Of a stretch of 64,000 bases of DNA, positions 11,440 to 24,000 are shown piece by piece. The notes under the pieces were generated by a model. That model did no database searches. It was not told where the DNA came from and saw only the letters and a program-made list of their open reading frames with translations. Source of the stretch: Camelus dromedarius (lineage: Eukaryota); assembly GCF_036321535.1 (NCBI RefSeq), contig NC_087467.1:13702001-13766000 (forward strand), read 5' to 3'. A program made the position numbers and the translations under genes. The number at the start of each line of letters is the position of its first letter. Within the stretch, counting starts at the first letter, position 1.

Positions 11440-12520
11440 TTCATTCATCCAAATAGACTATGAGAGCATACTACATATGGCCATCACACAGGGCACTGGG
11501 ACTATAATGGTGAACAAGCTCGACAAGATTCTTGTCCTCTTGAAGCTTCCCTTCTTGTGCGAAGAGTAACACTCATCAAAAAAAAAAAAATCAAATATTT
11601 GGAGGTTGTGAAAAGTACACTTAAAGAAACAATTTTGAATAACTGGAAAATAACAAAGTTACCTACTCTTGACAGGAGAGTCTGAAAAAAACCCTCTAAA
11701 GAGTGATAGTTAAGCTAAGACTTAAGAGACAAGAAGAATTAAACAATTTACAGAGCCAATGGAACAGCATTCTAGGCCAAGGGAATAGTGGAAGCAAAGG
11801 CTCTGATGCCTGAAAGACTTGGTTTGTTCTAGTAACTGAGGAATGGTCAATGTATGTGCGGGTCATTGAGGTAAAAAATAAGGCTGGAGAGATAGGAGGA
11901 GCCAGATCACATAGGAACTTGTAGAACATGGCAAGAAGTTTAGATTTATACTCTGTGCTTAATGGGAAGTCATTGTAGGGGGTCAATATGTTCTTGTGTA
12001 CATTTTTAAAAGATCTTCTGGCTACTGGGTACAGAATCAATTGAAATGACACACAGAGAGAGAGAGAGACTGTCTGGGGGCCATCGTAGTAATCTAGGTG
12101 CTAGATGTTGGTGGTTTTGACTAGAATGTTGGCAATAAATAAGGAGACAAGTGGTCAGGAACAAGCTATGCTCTGGAGACTCATCAGGCCTTGATGATGA
12201 GAAGAGTATTCCCATCATATCTCCCATAAAGTAAAGGAAGAAGCTTATGATGAGAGTGACTTTACTAACTGAGAACATGCTAGTGCTAAATGATGACACA
12301 AGACTGGAGATATCCAAATTTTGGAGACATTTACAAGTTCAGTTTGCACACAATTTGCAGTTTCCACATAATACAAGTTCAGGTGCACATCATGAGGCAC
12401 CTTTTGAGACATCCAAGTGGATATGTCTGATAGGGCAGTTAGATATGTAGGTGTGAGCTCAGAGAAGAAGCATAGGCTAGGAATATAAATTTGGGAGTCT
12501 TCAGATTAGCAGTGGTATTG
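11440..12520 (-). mobile_element. L2 LINE 3' region (fragmented)
   Basis: ttcattcatcca tail, then ggtgaacaag...gtcctcttgaagctt, gagccagatcacataggaacttgtag and aagtggatatgtctgatagggcagttagatatg. Confidence 0.8.
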
Positions 12521-12579
12521 CAAAGATACTGATAATGTCCTCCTTACACATCTCATGGTTTTTTATTATCTCGTAAGCT

Positions 12580-12974
12580 GCCTATCTCATGTAGGCTAAG
12601 TTAAGTTATGCTATGCTAACAAAAACTTAAAAACATCAGTGGCTAAAAACAATAAAGGTTGATTTCTTTCTCATTCTACATGTCCACAGTAGGTTGGCTG
12701 GGGCTTGGCTCTGTATCTTTTTTGTCATCATTAGGACCCAGTCTGGCAGATCTGCCAAATCTAGGGAATTGCTGGTCACAGGAGCAGAGGGAAAATTAAA
12801 CATTGACATTAATTTTCAGCAAAGAAGTGACACACATTACTTTTGCTTTCAACTCATTGTCCATAACTAGTCACATGACCCCATCAACCACAAGGGAGTC
12901 AGGAAATACAATCATCTCAAGTAACTGGAGTTGGAAACTGGAACATTTGGTAAACAGCACTAATAAGCACCACA
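12580..12974 (-). mobile_element. MLT1K/L-like MaLR solo LTR
   Basis: taggctaagttaagttatgctatgctaacaa...cagtggctaaaaacaataaaggtt...aactagtcacatgacccc...accaca. Confidence 0.75.
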
Positions 12975-15109
12975 CTAAGGAAATGCAACTTGAGGACAGA
13001 AGGTGCCAATGGGGGCTGATGGTTCTCAGCTCTGCTAACTTCTCAGTCCTGCCTTGTATTTTCTGAAGCACCTTGCTGATACGCTATAAAATGTTAAATA
13101 AGGAAAATAAAGGATAGAAAACAATGAAGTAAGTTTTAGAAAAGAGTATTTTAAAGGTAAGTTCAAGGCCCTAGACTGAATGTGACGAGGATGCTGTGAC
13201 ACACAACACAGACCATTAAGTATTTAGAAACCACTGGTTATCAGGGCCTTGGCTTGACAGCCTCATTTAGGAGACAGCTGTACTTGCCTGTATTGATTGA
13301 GGTGGTGTGCACTAACAAAAGCTGAAACCTTCAGATTTAATGAAGGCAAGGAGCCATCCATGAGCAAAAAGCAACTATCGAACTGATTACAGTAGACAAA
13401 CCCAAAGTTTGATTAATTCCATGGAGCATTGTGCCTAAGAAGAAATTCACTATAGTTTATATGAGTCAACTCAATCAGCATCAGGGAAATCTGATAAATT
13501 CCCGGTGGGTGGTGGACGGAGTGACTCAGGTAGGCAGCCAGTTAGACCACAGATAATTACTAGATTCTCCCAAACCTCTCCCTGTTAGCAAGTTAAGTTT
13601 TTAAGGAAGCCCACTCATTTTGGGGGGTCATTTGGATATTCTTGACATCTTCTCCTGTCTTAAGCCCTTGGCCTTGCCAAGTAAAGCTCTGAGAAGGCTG
13701 GAGCTCTCAGAGAGGCTATTCTGTTCCAAGCCAGATGTTATTTAAAGATAAAACTCAAAAGCTTCAGTTCTCACTCTGAGAACTTTACAAATTTAACACT
13801 GCAAAACACATTCTCCTTTCAATTACATATATTTAATTAGCTTGCTTATTGATCTTTTGTAAATAATCTAAGTTTTAACTTAAGTATGCAGGTAAAGGCA
13901 AGTAAGTTGTGGGTCCTAGAAAAGTAAGGGGGCTGAGAGGGCAGGTGGTTAACGCTGTTCCAGGGAACAAAGTGCACTGGAAAATTAAGGACTGTTGACT
14001 GCTCAGTAAGTGGACTGACTCTGGGGGACAATTGTGTATAGCAAAAGGACAACGGCCATACATAGAAGTGGAAATGAGGGGCAGCAAAAAGCCCTAACTC
14101 ACTGCGATGGAAGTGGTGTGTGAAAGGGCAGGTTGGAGAGGTGGGAAGAGGCTAAGGCGAGGAGATTTTGACTGCTCCCGTAAAACTCTGAAACTCACTT
14201 CTTAGGGAAAAAGGAAGTCATTAAAGATATTTCTAATGGGAGGGTGACTTGATAAAGGTGGTTTGTTGTTTTTTTTTTAAGAAAGAGAAATCACGGCAAT
14301 ATTTAGGATGGATTGGAAGGAAGAACAACTGCAGAAGGACATCAGCTTTGAGGCTATTGCACTCATCCACAAAAATCATTCTTTCAAACTGGCTTCTAGC
14401 TTCAGTCTTCCCCAAATCACCAGCAACAGATGACCTTCACCCACCCAGCATATCCTTTATTTTCTCCAGATATACAGTTCCTTTTTCTGAGCACCAAGAA
14501 ATTGAAATGGTAACAGTGAATCACTTCCTCCATACTTCTTTCCTTTGTGACAGACACCTCTTTCCAAAATTAAAAGACCAGGAAACCAATCTTACGTTTT
14601 TGTTATAGTTATTTGATTCAGCTCACCGCTGCCTACCAAGAGCAGCTACTCCTCAGATTTACACATCGAGCCCCTGTCATGTACCAGGCACTGTCCACAC
14701 AGCAAACAAAGAAAATCCCTGACTCAGTGCCTAAAGATGCTCAGAGATAACTGAGGTGTCAATAAACCAGCTATACCATCGAAGATAACCAGCTGGACTG
14801 AGCAGTGTGGGCTGCCTGGTCCCCTCCTTGGTTTGAGGCACAGAACACAACGAAGTAAGGTGGCTACACTGGAAGAAAATCACATCCACACTTGAGTCCA
14901 GGAGAAAGAAAGGGCTACAAAACATACTTGGGCTAGTGGAGTGATTGATCTTTAAGAAAATTTCAACTTAAGCTGTTAAGCTGAAGGTTGAATAAGGAGA
15001 ACAGAGGGAGATGTATTGTCAAGAGAAGGCTTTCAAGGTGACAAGAAACAAAGACAAATGTAACACCATGCCTCTTTCTTAAGCCTTTGCTTCCTGCCAA
15101 ATGTTCTAC

Positions 15110-15290
15110 CTGTCTTATCTCATTTAGTCATGTGCACCATACTATGAAATAGGTCCTACTGTTATCCCCTTTGGCACACAAAGAAACTGAGGCTTGTCCA
15201 AGAAGACACAACCAATAAACTGCTGGTTAGGAATTTCAACCCACTGAGTCCCAGAGCCCATGGGCTTAAATACCACACTCAGAGTGTCTC
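15110..15290 (-). mobile_element. MIR
   Basis: ctatgaaataggtcctactgttatcccc...aagaaactgaggc. Confidence 0.7.
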
Positions 15291-15739
15291 TACAGTACTG
15301 TCTCTAAATTCTCAGGATTGGGTACAGTGATCCATCTCTCCTGCAGGGTAACCACCTCTAAATCACGTTTTATGTACTTCCTGAATATCTCCGACATAGA
15401 TACTTTTCATTTTCTAAGTACCTCATTTTGAATTTTCTAAAGAAATTTCATTTTCTTCTGCCACCCAACCCACAGCTCTTCGTGTATTCTTTACCTCAGT
15501 ACGGGGACCATCTTTCTCCCAGTTACTCAATTATCCTTGAGTGGGGAGATATCCCCCCTAATACACAACAAGTTGCTAAATCATTTTTGGTCTTCCTTTG
15601 AGATAGTCCACACAATTCTGAAGTAGCTTCTTAGCTGGCCTTTCTGTCCCCATTCTCTCCCTCCTGCCTTCCACCGGCCACCTGCCTCATCCTGACAATG
15701 GGGCTAGTTTTCTTCAACACCAACGCTAGGAATCCTGAG

Positions 15740-15930
15740 TCAAAAGTTAGACAAGCGCACAGACTATGGAATCAGAGAGCCAGGGTTCAAATCCCGGCTC
15801 CTGTATGGACCAGCTATGTGAATTGGGCAATAACTGAAATTCTATTAGTTTCAGTTCCTAAATCTTTTAAGGTAGGATAATAACAGTACCTGTCTCACAA
15901 GGTCACTGGGAAAATTAAATGAGACACCTC
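15740..15930 (+). mobile_element. MIR
   Basis: agactatggaatcagagagccagggttcaaatcccggctc...gataataacagtacctgtctcacaagg. Confidence 0.85.
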
Positions 15931-15999
15931 AGCTTTGGTCACAGAAAAAGGACCCTCTGAAATGTTATCAAGATCATTTAAGTTAATAATGGTGTTTCT

Positions 16000-16440
16000 T
16001 CCCTAATCAAAAGCCTCTGATGACTACACAGTGCTTCCAAAAATGAAGCCTGGGGGACTTCCCAGTGCAGTATTGAAATCCCTTCAGAAAATTGCCTTAA
16101 CTCACCTTCCTGGATGTCCTTCCTTTTATCCAAGCTCTGTTCTCCAGCTTGCTCTAAGCATGAAGTCCACCCACAACTCACCAGTCCCCATTCTACCTGT
16201 TCCCTCTTCCCCCACCTTTGTTAAGGTGCCCCTTGTGCCTAGAACAGCCTTCACCCATAGCCACCTGCCAAAACCCATTTCTCAGGTTTAAACATCCCTT
16301 TTTTTGTGGCATTCCAACATCCTCTTCTTCCAGACACCCAGCTATGTCTCATAGGACTCTATTTTACCTGTGCCTGTATCTCTGGATTGCAGGGAGCCTT
16401 ACTGATTGCTCTTTCTCCCCCTGGGCTGGTTTCACAGGTT
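16000..16440 (+). mobile_element. L2 fragment
   Basis: Pyrimidine-rich cccttgtgcctagaacagccttcaccc...cccatttctcaggttta...gcagggagcc. Confidence 0.55.
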
Positions 16441-16799
16441 TAGGACTGCACTGTCTTTAGAAGCATGCATTCTGCTCCTTTCCACCCTCCACTCTATTGT
16501 CTGAGCATCTCTTACTTTATGCCCAGGCGCACACCCACCTCTACAGTTTCTTCCATGAACAGGAGCACTGAGAATGACTTTCTAAATCTCCCCTCACGCC
16601 AACCATCTTCCATACCTTATCAACACTGATCCGTGCTTTAGAAGGTGGCACACCCAGTGTTAGCACAGGATGGCAAACCTACACCAGACTGGGTTATCTA
16701 ATAGGGGTTTCTTTCCCCCATTCGCACAGTAAATTCTTAAGGAAAGAGAATTAGTATGTGGCAGAGATTGTCAAACTTGTCTGCAGTCACATAAGGAGC

Positions 16800-17250
16800 T
16801 GTATTAGATTCCTAGTGCCGCCACAGCAGACCTACAAAGTAGGTGGCTTAAAACAACAGAAAGGTATTGTCTCACATGTCTGGAGGCTAGAAGTCTGAAT
16901 TCAGGTGTAGGCAGGGCCATACTGTCTCTGAAGCCTTAGGGGAGAATCCTTCCTCGCCTCTTCCTAGCCTCTGGTGGCTTGCTGGCGATCTTTGACATCC
17001 CTTGGCTTGCAGCTTCATGACTCCAATCTCTGCCTTCAATGCCTATGTGTCTCTGTCTTCACATGGCCATCTTCTCATAAGGACACCAGTCAAATTGGAT
17101 TAAAGCACACCCTACTCTAGTATGAACTTATTTTTAATTCAGTAATTACATCCTGCAATGATGTTATTTCCAAATAAGGTCACATTCTGAGGTATGGGTG
17201 GTTAGAGCCCCAACATATCTTTTTTGGAGAACATAATTCAACTCATAAAA
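16800..17250 (-). mobile_element. MLT1C-like MaLR solo LTR
   Basis: tgtattag...ggtggcttaaaacaacagaaa...ggaggctagaagtc...aaataaggtcacattctgagg...cataaaa, 451 bp. 5-bp TSD ggagc/ggagt. Confidence 0.88.
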
Positions 17251-17274
17251 GGAGTTTCAAAAACTACTGTCAGT

Positions 17275-17392
17275 AATGTCCCACCCCAGAGCCTGTAATC
17301 TAAGTGGTCTGGGATGTAGTTTGGGCTTCTGATTTTTTTTTTTTTTAACATCCTCAGGTGATTCTAATGTGCAACGCAGTTTAAAAGCCCAG
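17275..17392. mobile_element. MER5A-like fragment
   Basis: ggtctgggatg...ctcaggtgattctaatgtgca...gtttaaaagcc. Confidence 0.6.
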
Positions 17393-17630
17393 AGTCAGGG
17401 GTTAAGATCAAGGTGCTTTGGAGTCAGGCTGCCTGGTGTTGAACTGCCTCCTGTACCATTTACAAACTGAGAGGCCTTGGGAAATCTGCATAACCTCTCT
17501 GTGCTTCAGTTTCTCCAACTTAAAGTGGAGATAATAAAAGTACCTGCCCCATTGGGAGATTATAAGGATTACATGAGGTCATATACAAAAGCATTTAGAA
17601 CTATGCCTGGAACCTTCTAACCCCCATCAT
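17393..17630 (+). mobile_element. MIR
   Basis: ggttaagatc...tttggagtcaggctgcctgg...aacctctctgtgcttcagtttc...ttagaactatgcctgg. Confidence 0.85.
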
Positions 17631-17963
17631 AATTATAGTTCTAATACACTTGGCGTCCTAAGTTTTAAAAGCCTTAATTGTAATATTTAATGAAGAGTCT
17701 TTAATCTCTAAAGGTAAAACACAGGGAACACAGGTATTCAATAGTTTTACTCAAAAGTCAGTGGGGAAACTAGAAAGAAATTCAGATCTCCTGTGTACAG
17801 TTCACAACCCAGCATCCCAGGAAGCCCGTGGTTTTCACTAGGTCTCAAGGGCCACTGTGATGGGGTGCAGGGCAGTGAGGGTATGGAGCAGAGCAGCTCA
17901 CCCTTATCTGCTTCATCTGCTAATTCCCCACAGGACTTTGTTTGAAAAAAAAAAGGGGGGAGG

Positions 17964-17999
17964 GGGATTTTCCATGGCTTAAAAAAACTGGAAAGTCCT
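17964..17999. promoter_or_regulatory. Inverted pair of NF-kB-like sites
   Basis: GGGATTTTCC (17964-17973) and GGAAAGTCCT (17990-17999; reverse complement AGGACTTTCC). Motif match only. Confidence 0.35.
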
Positions 18000-20126
18000 G
18001 TGCTCGATTATGTTACCATAAACCTCCTAAGCCAATAGACTTTATCCTGGCTTTTGCTTCCTCCTTTCTCCCCATGGAGCAGAAAAGCCCAAGAGAGTTT
18101 CAGGTGGTTGAAGAGACTACAAGAAGAGAGGTAAGGGTAAGAGGAGGGATGCAAACTGGCCCCACTCTAGCCTTTCATAATGTCTGCTCTCTGCTGATTA
18201 CTAAAATTTGTGTGAAGGAGGCAGAGAATTAAGACCTCCCAAGGCCCCAATCAGAGTCATCTCCACTGAGAAATGCAGCATGAAATGGACTCTTACCCTT
18301 ATGCTTCTAATCACTGGGAAGCTCAGGAAATTGGAAACGCCCCAGAAACAACATGACATATCAAATGCCAGAGCCTGGGTGATCCATCACCATCTTCATC
18401 ACCGTGGTCATTACCATTCACTTCTACTCCGTGGACAGCCCGTAAATCAGCCTGGGGCGCTCTTTGGGATCACTGAGTGAAAGGCACTGAATAAATGTCA
18501 GCTGGGATCATTAGAGATACCTTTCACTTTAGACAGATAAATGTTAGTGAGTCCACGTTCAAGGAAGCACCAATAGGGACCCTAGCTATTTCCAGGGGCC
18601 CCAAGACACTAATAATGGTTCACATAGTCAGAAAATTAAGATGGCAAAAGAGAGGCCTTTCTCATTTCACAATATTAAAAGTATTCCACAAGCATAAAAA
18701 CTCATTTACTATACTTGGCTTGTACAGGGACATATTTTTGTTCCCAAGTGCTTTCTCCAAGATCTAAAAACAGGCAGAGAATCAAATAATTTATGATATT
18801 ACTCCAAAGCCACCAGGGAAAACTTTTGGAAGATACAAGCACCAAACTAAGGATGTTTACAGAAAAGGTGTGATCTGTTCTGCCACCCTGAGCCCTCTTG
18901 TTTTTCATGAACCTCCTCTTCACAGGTAGAGGTTCTCTGCAGTGTGCCCACTCTTCAAAGAACAGGCAGGAACTCCGACAACAACTCTAGAAATGGTCTA
19001 GGGATTATGACTACTCCCATGGAAGACTTTCCAAGACATCCCAGCACTGGGACGCTGTGTTTTCCAGACTTGAACTGACCCGTCTCTCTTGCTCAGAAAG
19101 CAAAGCTTCAATTCTTTACATATTCCCTTGTGTGTTATGCATCAGTGTGTTCCTTTGGCCCAGGTCCTTGGTTTTCCATTGAACTGGGTACCAGGCTCAG
19201 GTTCCTATGCACACTGAGGAGGGGAGTCAGCCTTTTCAGAAGGTTTTCTATTGTTCATTGTTTACTGAGAGCTGAAAGCATTCTCAGCACAGTACTGGAT
19301 GGATCCTCGTGATCCCCTGAGGCAAAAAGTCCAAAATAAAGAGACAGAAGTAAGTGACTCATACAGAAAACTGCTCTGCTCGGAAGAAAAGCCAAGTTGT
19401 TCATGGTCTGTACATGAGCCAGGTGGGTGGGAGTATGTTTGTGTTAGAACTTCCAAAGCCCAGCTTCCAGTGGGGCCCTCTGGGGACATGAGACTCTAGT
19501 CAACTCTGTCTTTGGGGAAAAAGTTCTTCCTGCAAAATAGGAGGCAAGGCCACAGGAGGATTCTGGAATTTCCCGTTTAACAACTAAATGGATTATATTT
19601 GTCACTGGAACACAAACACCTTTTTTCAGTGTCATATTTATTTAATGCTTAGAAATGGAGTAGAATTAATAAATCCAGACTGGAGAAGTCCAGAATTCAG
19701 GGAAGATGTGAGCATACTGGGCTCAGTTGTGCTCTTCAGGGATCCTCTTCAGCAGGGGCTGGGCTCCCAGCCTTCAGACCCACCCTGCCCTTCAGAATTC
19801 TGAGAGCTCCTGTCCAGCTGCCACGTAGAGCTGACTGGAACCCAAGCTTCGGTGATTCGGGTGTTTATCTCCTGGAAACTGGGCTGGGAAAACCTAGTGA
19901 ATAACCGAAGAGTGTAGGTAATTCTCCAACACTACTATTTACTCTTGACAGGAACATCTTGCAGGCCAACCTCTTAGCAGAAGATAGGATGAGGTTCTTT
20001 TTGTCTTACTCTAACTAGCCCATATTATCTAGTTGCTGTTAATAATCCAAACTGATTGGAGTTTGGGGAGGAAAGAGAGGATAAGAAAGCTGTTCCCTTA
20101 CTTGAACCGGTCTAGCCCTAACATGG

Positions 20127-20348
20127 TGTCCTGGTCATCTCAGTCTGCTATCACATTACCATAGACTGGGAGGCTTAAACAGCAGAAATTTATTTCACAC
20201 AGTTCTGGAGGCTGGGAAGTCTAAGATCAAGGTACTGGCTAATCTAGTCTCTAATAGAGGCTTTCTTCCTGGTTTGCAAAGGGCCATCTTCTCATTGTCT
20301 CCTCACATGGCAGAGAGCAGAGAATAGGGTAAGTTTTCATGTCTTCTC
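20127..20348 (-). mobile_element. MLT1A-like MaLR LTR (partial)
   Basis: tgtcctggtc...taccatagactgggaggcttaaacagcagaaatttatttcacacagttctggaggctgggaagtctaagatcaagg. Confidence 0.85.
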
Positions 20349-20664
20349 TTTTTTTAAACTGACGTATAGTCAGTTTCCAACGTTGTGTCAATTTCTGGTG
20401 TACAGCATAATGCTTCAGTCACACATATACATACATATATTCCTTTTCATATTTTTTTCATTATAGGTTACTACAAGGTATTGAATATAATTCCCTGTGN
20501 NNNNNNNNNNNNNNNNNNNNNNNNNNNNNNNNNNNNNNNNNNNNNNNNNNNNNNNNNNNNNNNNNNNNNNNNNNNNNNNNNNNNNNNNNNNNNNNNNNNN
20601 NNNNNNNNNNNNNNNNNNNNNNNNNNNNNNNNNNNNNNNNNNNNNNNNNNNNNNNNNNNNNNNN
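20349..20664 (-). mobile_element. Short L1 3' end (artiodactyl/camelid type); right boundary inside N run
   Basis: tttttttaaactgacgtatagtcagtttccaacgttgtgtcaatttctggtgtacagcata...gtattgaatataattccctgtg. Confidence 0.85.
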
Positions 20665-21049
20665 TGGGCCAAGCAGATGTGTAAGCAGATTCTTGGTCTC
20701 TTGTGGGCATTTTTGTGGATTTACCTGAGCCTACTTTGCTGGGATTCATCTGGCTGCAATTTCCATGATTCTAGATTTATTCTTCTTCTGTCTACTCTCA
20801 TCCTCACCACCATCCCCTGGTTTTTTTTTTTGTTGTTGTTGTTTTTTTTGCAGTTACTTTATACAGACTTTTTGCTGTGGGAGTCCCACTGTACCTTCCA
20901 AGTGTCTCTCAGTCTTGAAAGACCAAAATGCTGGAGGAAAGGAAAACACATGGCGATGAGCACTACACTAGTTATTACTTGGGCCCCTCAGGGCACGTGC
21001 TAATTTTCTTGATGGAACATAGATGCTTAGCAAAGAGCAGCAGCCAAGA

Positions 21050-24000
21050 GTTTATAACACTCTCACTGACAGAGAAGTTGAGAATTGGTGTACAGGGCTA
21101 CCAAGGCAGCTAGAACTTGATCCGAGAGAAAAACTAACTGCAGAAATGTAAAGTGAATAGTATATGTGCAATTATTCCTTGAGGCATTTTCCAATTTCTC
21201 AGCTGCACATGTGTGAGGCAAACTGCCAAGAAACCAAGCAGAATGCAGCTGCTGAAATGCTAAGAATCTAAGTAGATATTTCGGTAGTCTCTTGGTTCTA
21301 AGAAGACAGAAATTGAAGCTTACAGTCTGCAAAGAAAGAGAATCCCTAATAAACACACCAGCTTATCTTTGAGATCCTCAAAGAGGTAGGTTCAAGGAAT
21401 AAAGACAAAGCAGAAACAGAACAGAGTTCACCTGCCCTCACATTGAGTCTGAAACATAAGTCCAGTGGATCAAGATGATCTGCCCATGGTCTATCTGTCT
21501 GTCAGAATAAAATCAAATCCTCTCTAAAGAGACATATCATCCATAGCACCTATAATTTTTCATACATAATGCTTGGCATTAGATCAAATTTACCAAGTAA
21601 GCCAGAACACAGGAACAAATGACAAAAAAAAAAAAAAAAAAAGCTGGGTTTTTTTTTTCAGATTTTAGAAACAGATTCAAAAATACATATTTGAATTATT
21701 GGACATGGAATTTTTAAAAATACAAATAACATAAGCAAAATAGGACAAAAAGATGAAATCATTGATCAGAGTACTGGAACTTATTTAAAAATTAATTAGA
21801 AAACATAGGGCTCACTAAAATAACACTGAAATTAAAAATTCAATAGATGGGTTTAGAAACAGATTAGACATAGCAGAAGAGAGGATAAGTCAACTGGAAG
21901 ATAGGTCAGGAGAAAATATTAGGATTAATATTTCCTCAGAGAAATGAAAAGAAAAAGAGTTCCAAAAAAGAGCTTCAGAGACATATGGAACACAATGAAA
22001 AGAACTTTCATAAGTGTAACTGGAGTCTGAAAAGGAAAGGAGAGAGATAACAGAAGAGATACTCTGAGAATTTTCCAAAACAAACAAAAGATATTAACAT
22101 ATTGAAGAAACACTCAAATTCTAACCAGGATAAATACAAATCAAATTGTATCCATGAAATTGCTACAAAACCAAAGATAAGAAAAGAATCTCTTATAAAC
22201 ATAAAAAGAAAATATACACAAGAATATAGGGGAGCAACAATAGAATTACGGTAGACTTTTCAACACAACCTATGAAGAAAAAAGATGATAGAATGATGTA
22301 TTTAAAATGCTAAAAGAAAGCTATTGCCAACCTAGAATTGTGTACACAAGGAAATAAAGGCTAAACAGAGGCATTTTCAAACAAACAAGAAAACACTTAA
22401 AGACACTGTAACCAGCAGGGACAAACTTTTAAAAAATAAAAATAAATTTTAAAAACTAAGGCAGAAAAAAAAAAAAATTATCCCATACAGAAATACGCTA
22501 ATGCAGGAAGGAACAAAGAGAACCAGCAAAGATAAGTATTCAGTAATTCCAAATGACTATTATCTCTTTGTAACAATAGTAATAATATCTTTTGCAATTC
22601 AAAATACATGTAGAATCAAAATACATAACAATAGCACAAAAGTGAGTAACAAATAAATGGAATTAGATTATTGTAAGACTTTGTCCATAAGTTAAACATA
22701 TTGATTTAAGCTAGACATTTATCACTCAAGAGTGAATTTTGGAATTGCTAAAAAAATAATAATAATAAAATGTATAACTAATGGGGGAAATGAAGTAATT
22801 TTTAAAGTTACATGATTGATGCAAAAGAAGGTCATAAATGGAAAAAAAAGAATAGCTCGAAAAACAGAAAACAAATAACATGACACATTTAAATCTGGAT
22901 ACACATGTAATTACACCAGATGAAAAAAAAAACATTTCAATTAAAGGTTAATATGATCAGAATAGATAGACCAAATAAAATCTTAATATATAGGCCTACA
23001 AGAGATAGCAGTATACCTTAAAGTTTGAAAGTAAAGGATTGGAAAATGCATACTATGTACTCCAAAGCCAAAAGATGTTTGTTGTAGCTATAATAATACC
23101 AGATAAAATAAAATTTAAAGTACTAAGTATTACTAGAGATGAAGAGAGATAGTCCATAATGACAAAAGAATTACTCCACAGAATATATAATATAATAATC
23201 CTAGAATTATATGCAGCAATTTATATAGCCTCAAAATATTTAAAGAAAAAAACTGACTGAACTAAATGGAGGAATGAATAAATCTGCATACTTGTACATT
23301 TATAACTTTCCTAGTAATTAATAAAAACAAGCAGACTAAGAGAATTGGTAATTATAGGTGATTAGAACAACATTATTAATAAGCTTAACCTAGTTGACAT
23401 AACAAACTACTGCATCCAACAACTTCAGAATACATATCCTTTTTTATCCTTTTCAAGTGTGCTGGGATTGTCTACTAAAATAGGTCACATGTTTGGCCAT
23501 AAAGGAAGTCTTCAACAGATTTCAAAGGAATCTGAATCATGTTGAATACATTCTCTGACCTCAGTGAGATTGATCTAGAAATCTATAAATGCTTGAAAAT
23601 ATGCAAAACACTTCTAAATAACCCAAGGATAAATGAAAAAAATACATCACAATACAAATTAGAAAATATTATTAATTCAGTAATAAAAACATATCAAAAC
23701 TTCCATGATGAAAGTAAAGGGGTGCTCAAAGGAAATGCATAGCCTCAAATGCATGAACTAGAACGGAAAAAAGACTTAACACCTGCAATGTAAGCATTCA
23801 CATCAAGAAGTTAGTAAAAACAAAACAAAACAAAACTGAAAAGCAGAAGTAGGTGGGGAAAAAATAAAGTTGAAAGCATTAACTAAATATACAACAGAGA
23901 AAATCATCAAGGTAACAGAATGAATCTTCAAAAATATTAATAAAATTAATAACTACTTAGACTAATCAAGAAAAAAGAAAATAAGGAATACATTATCAAT

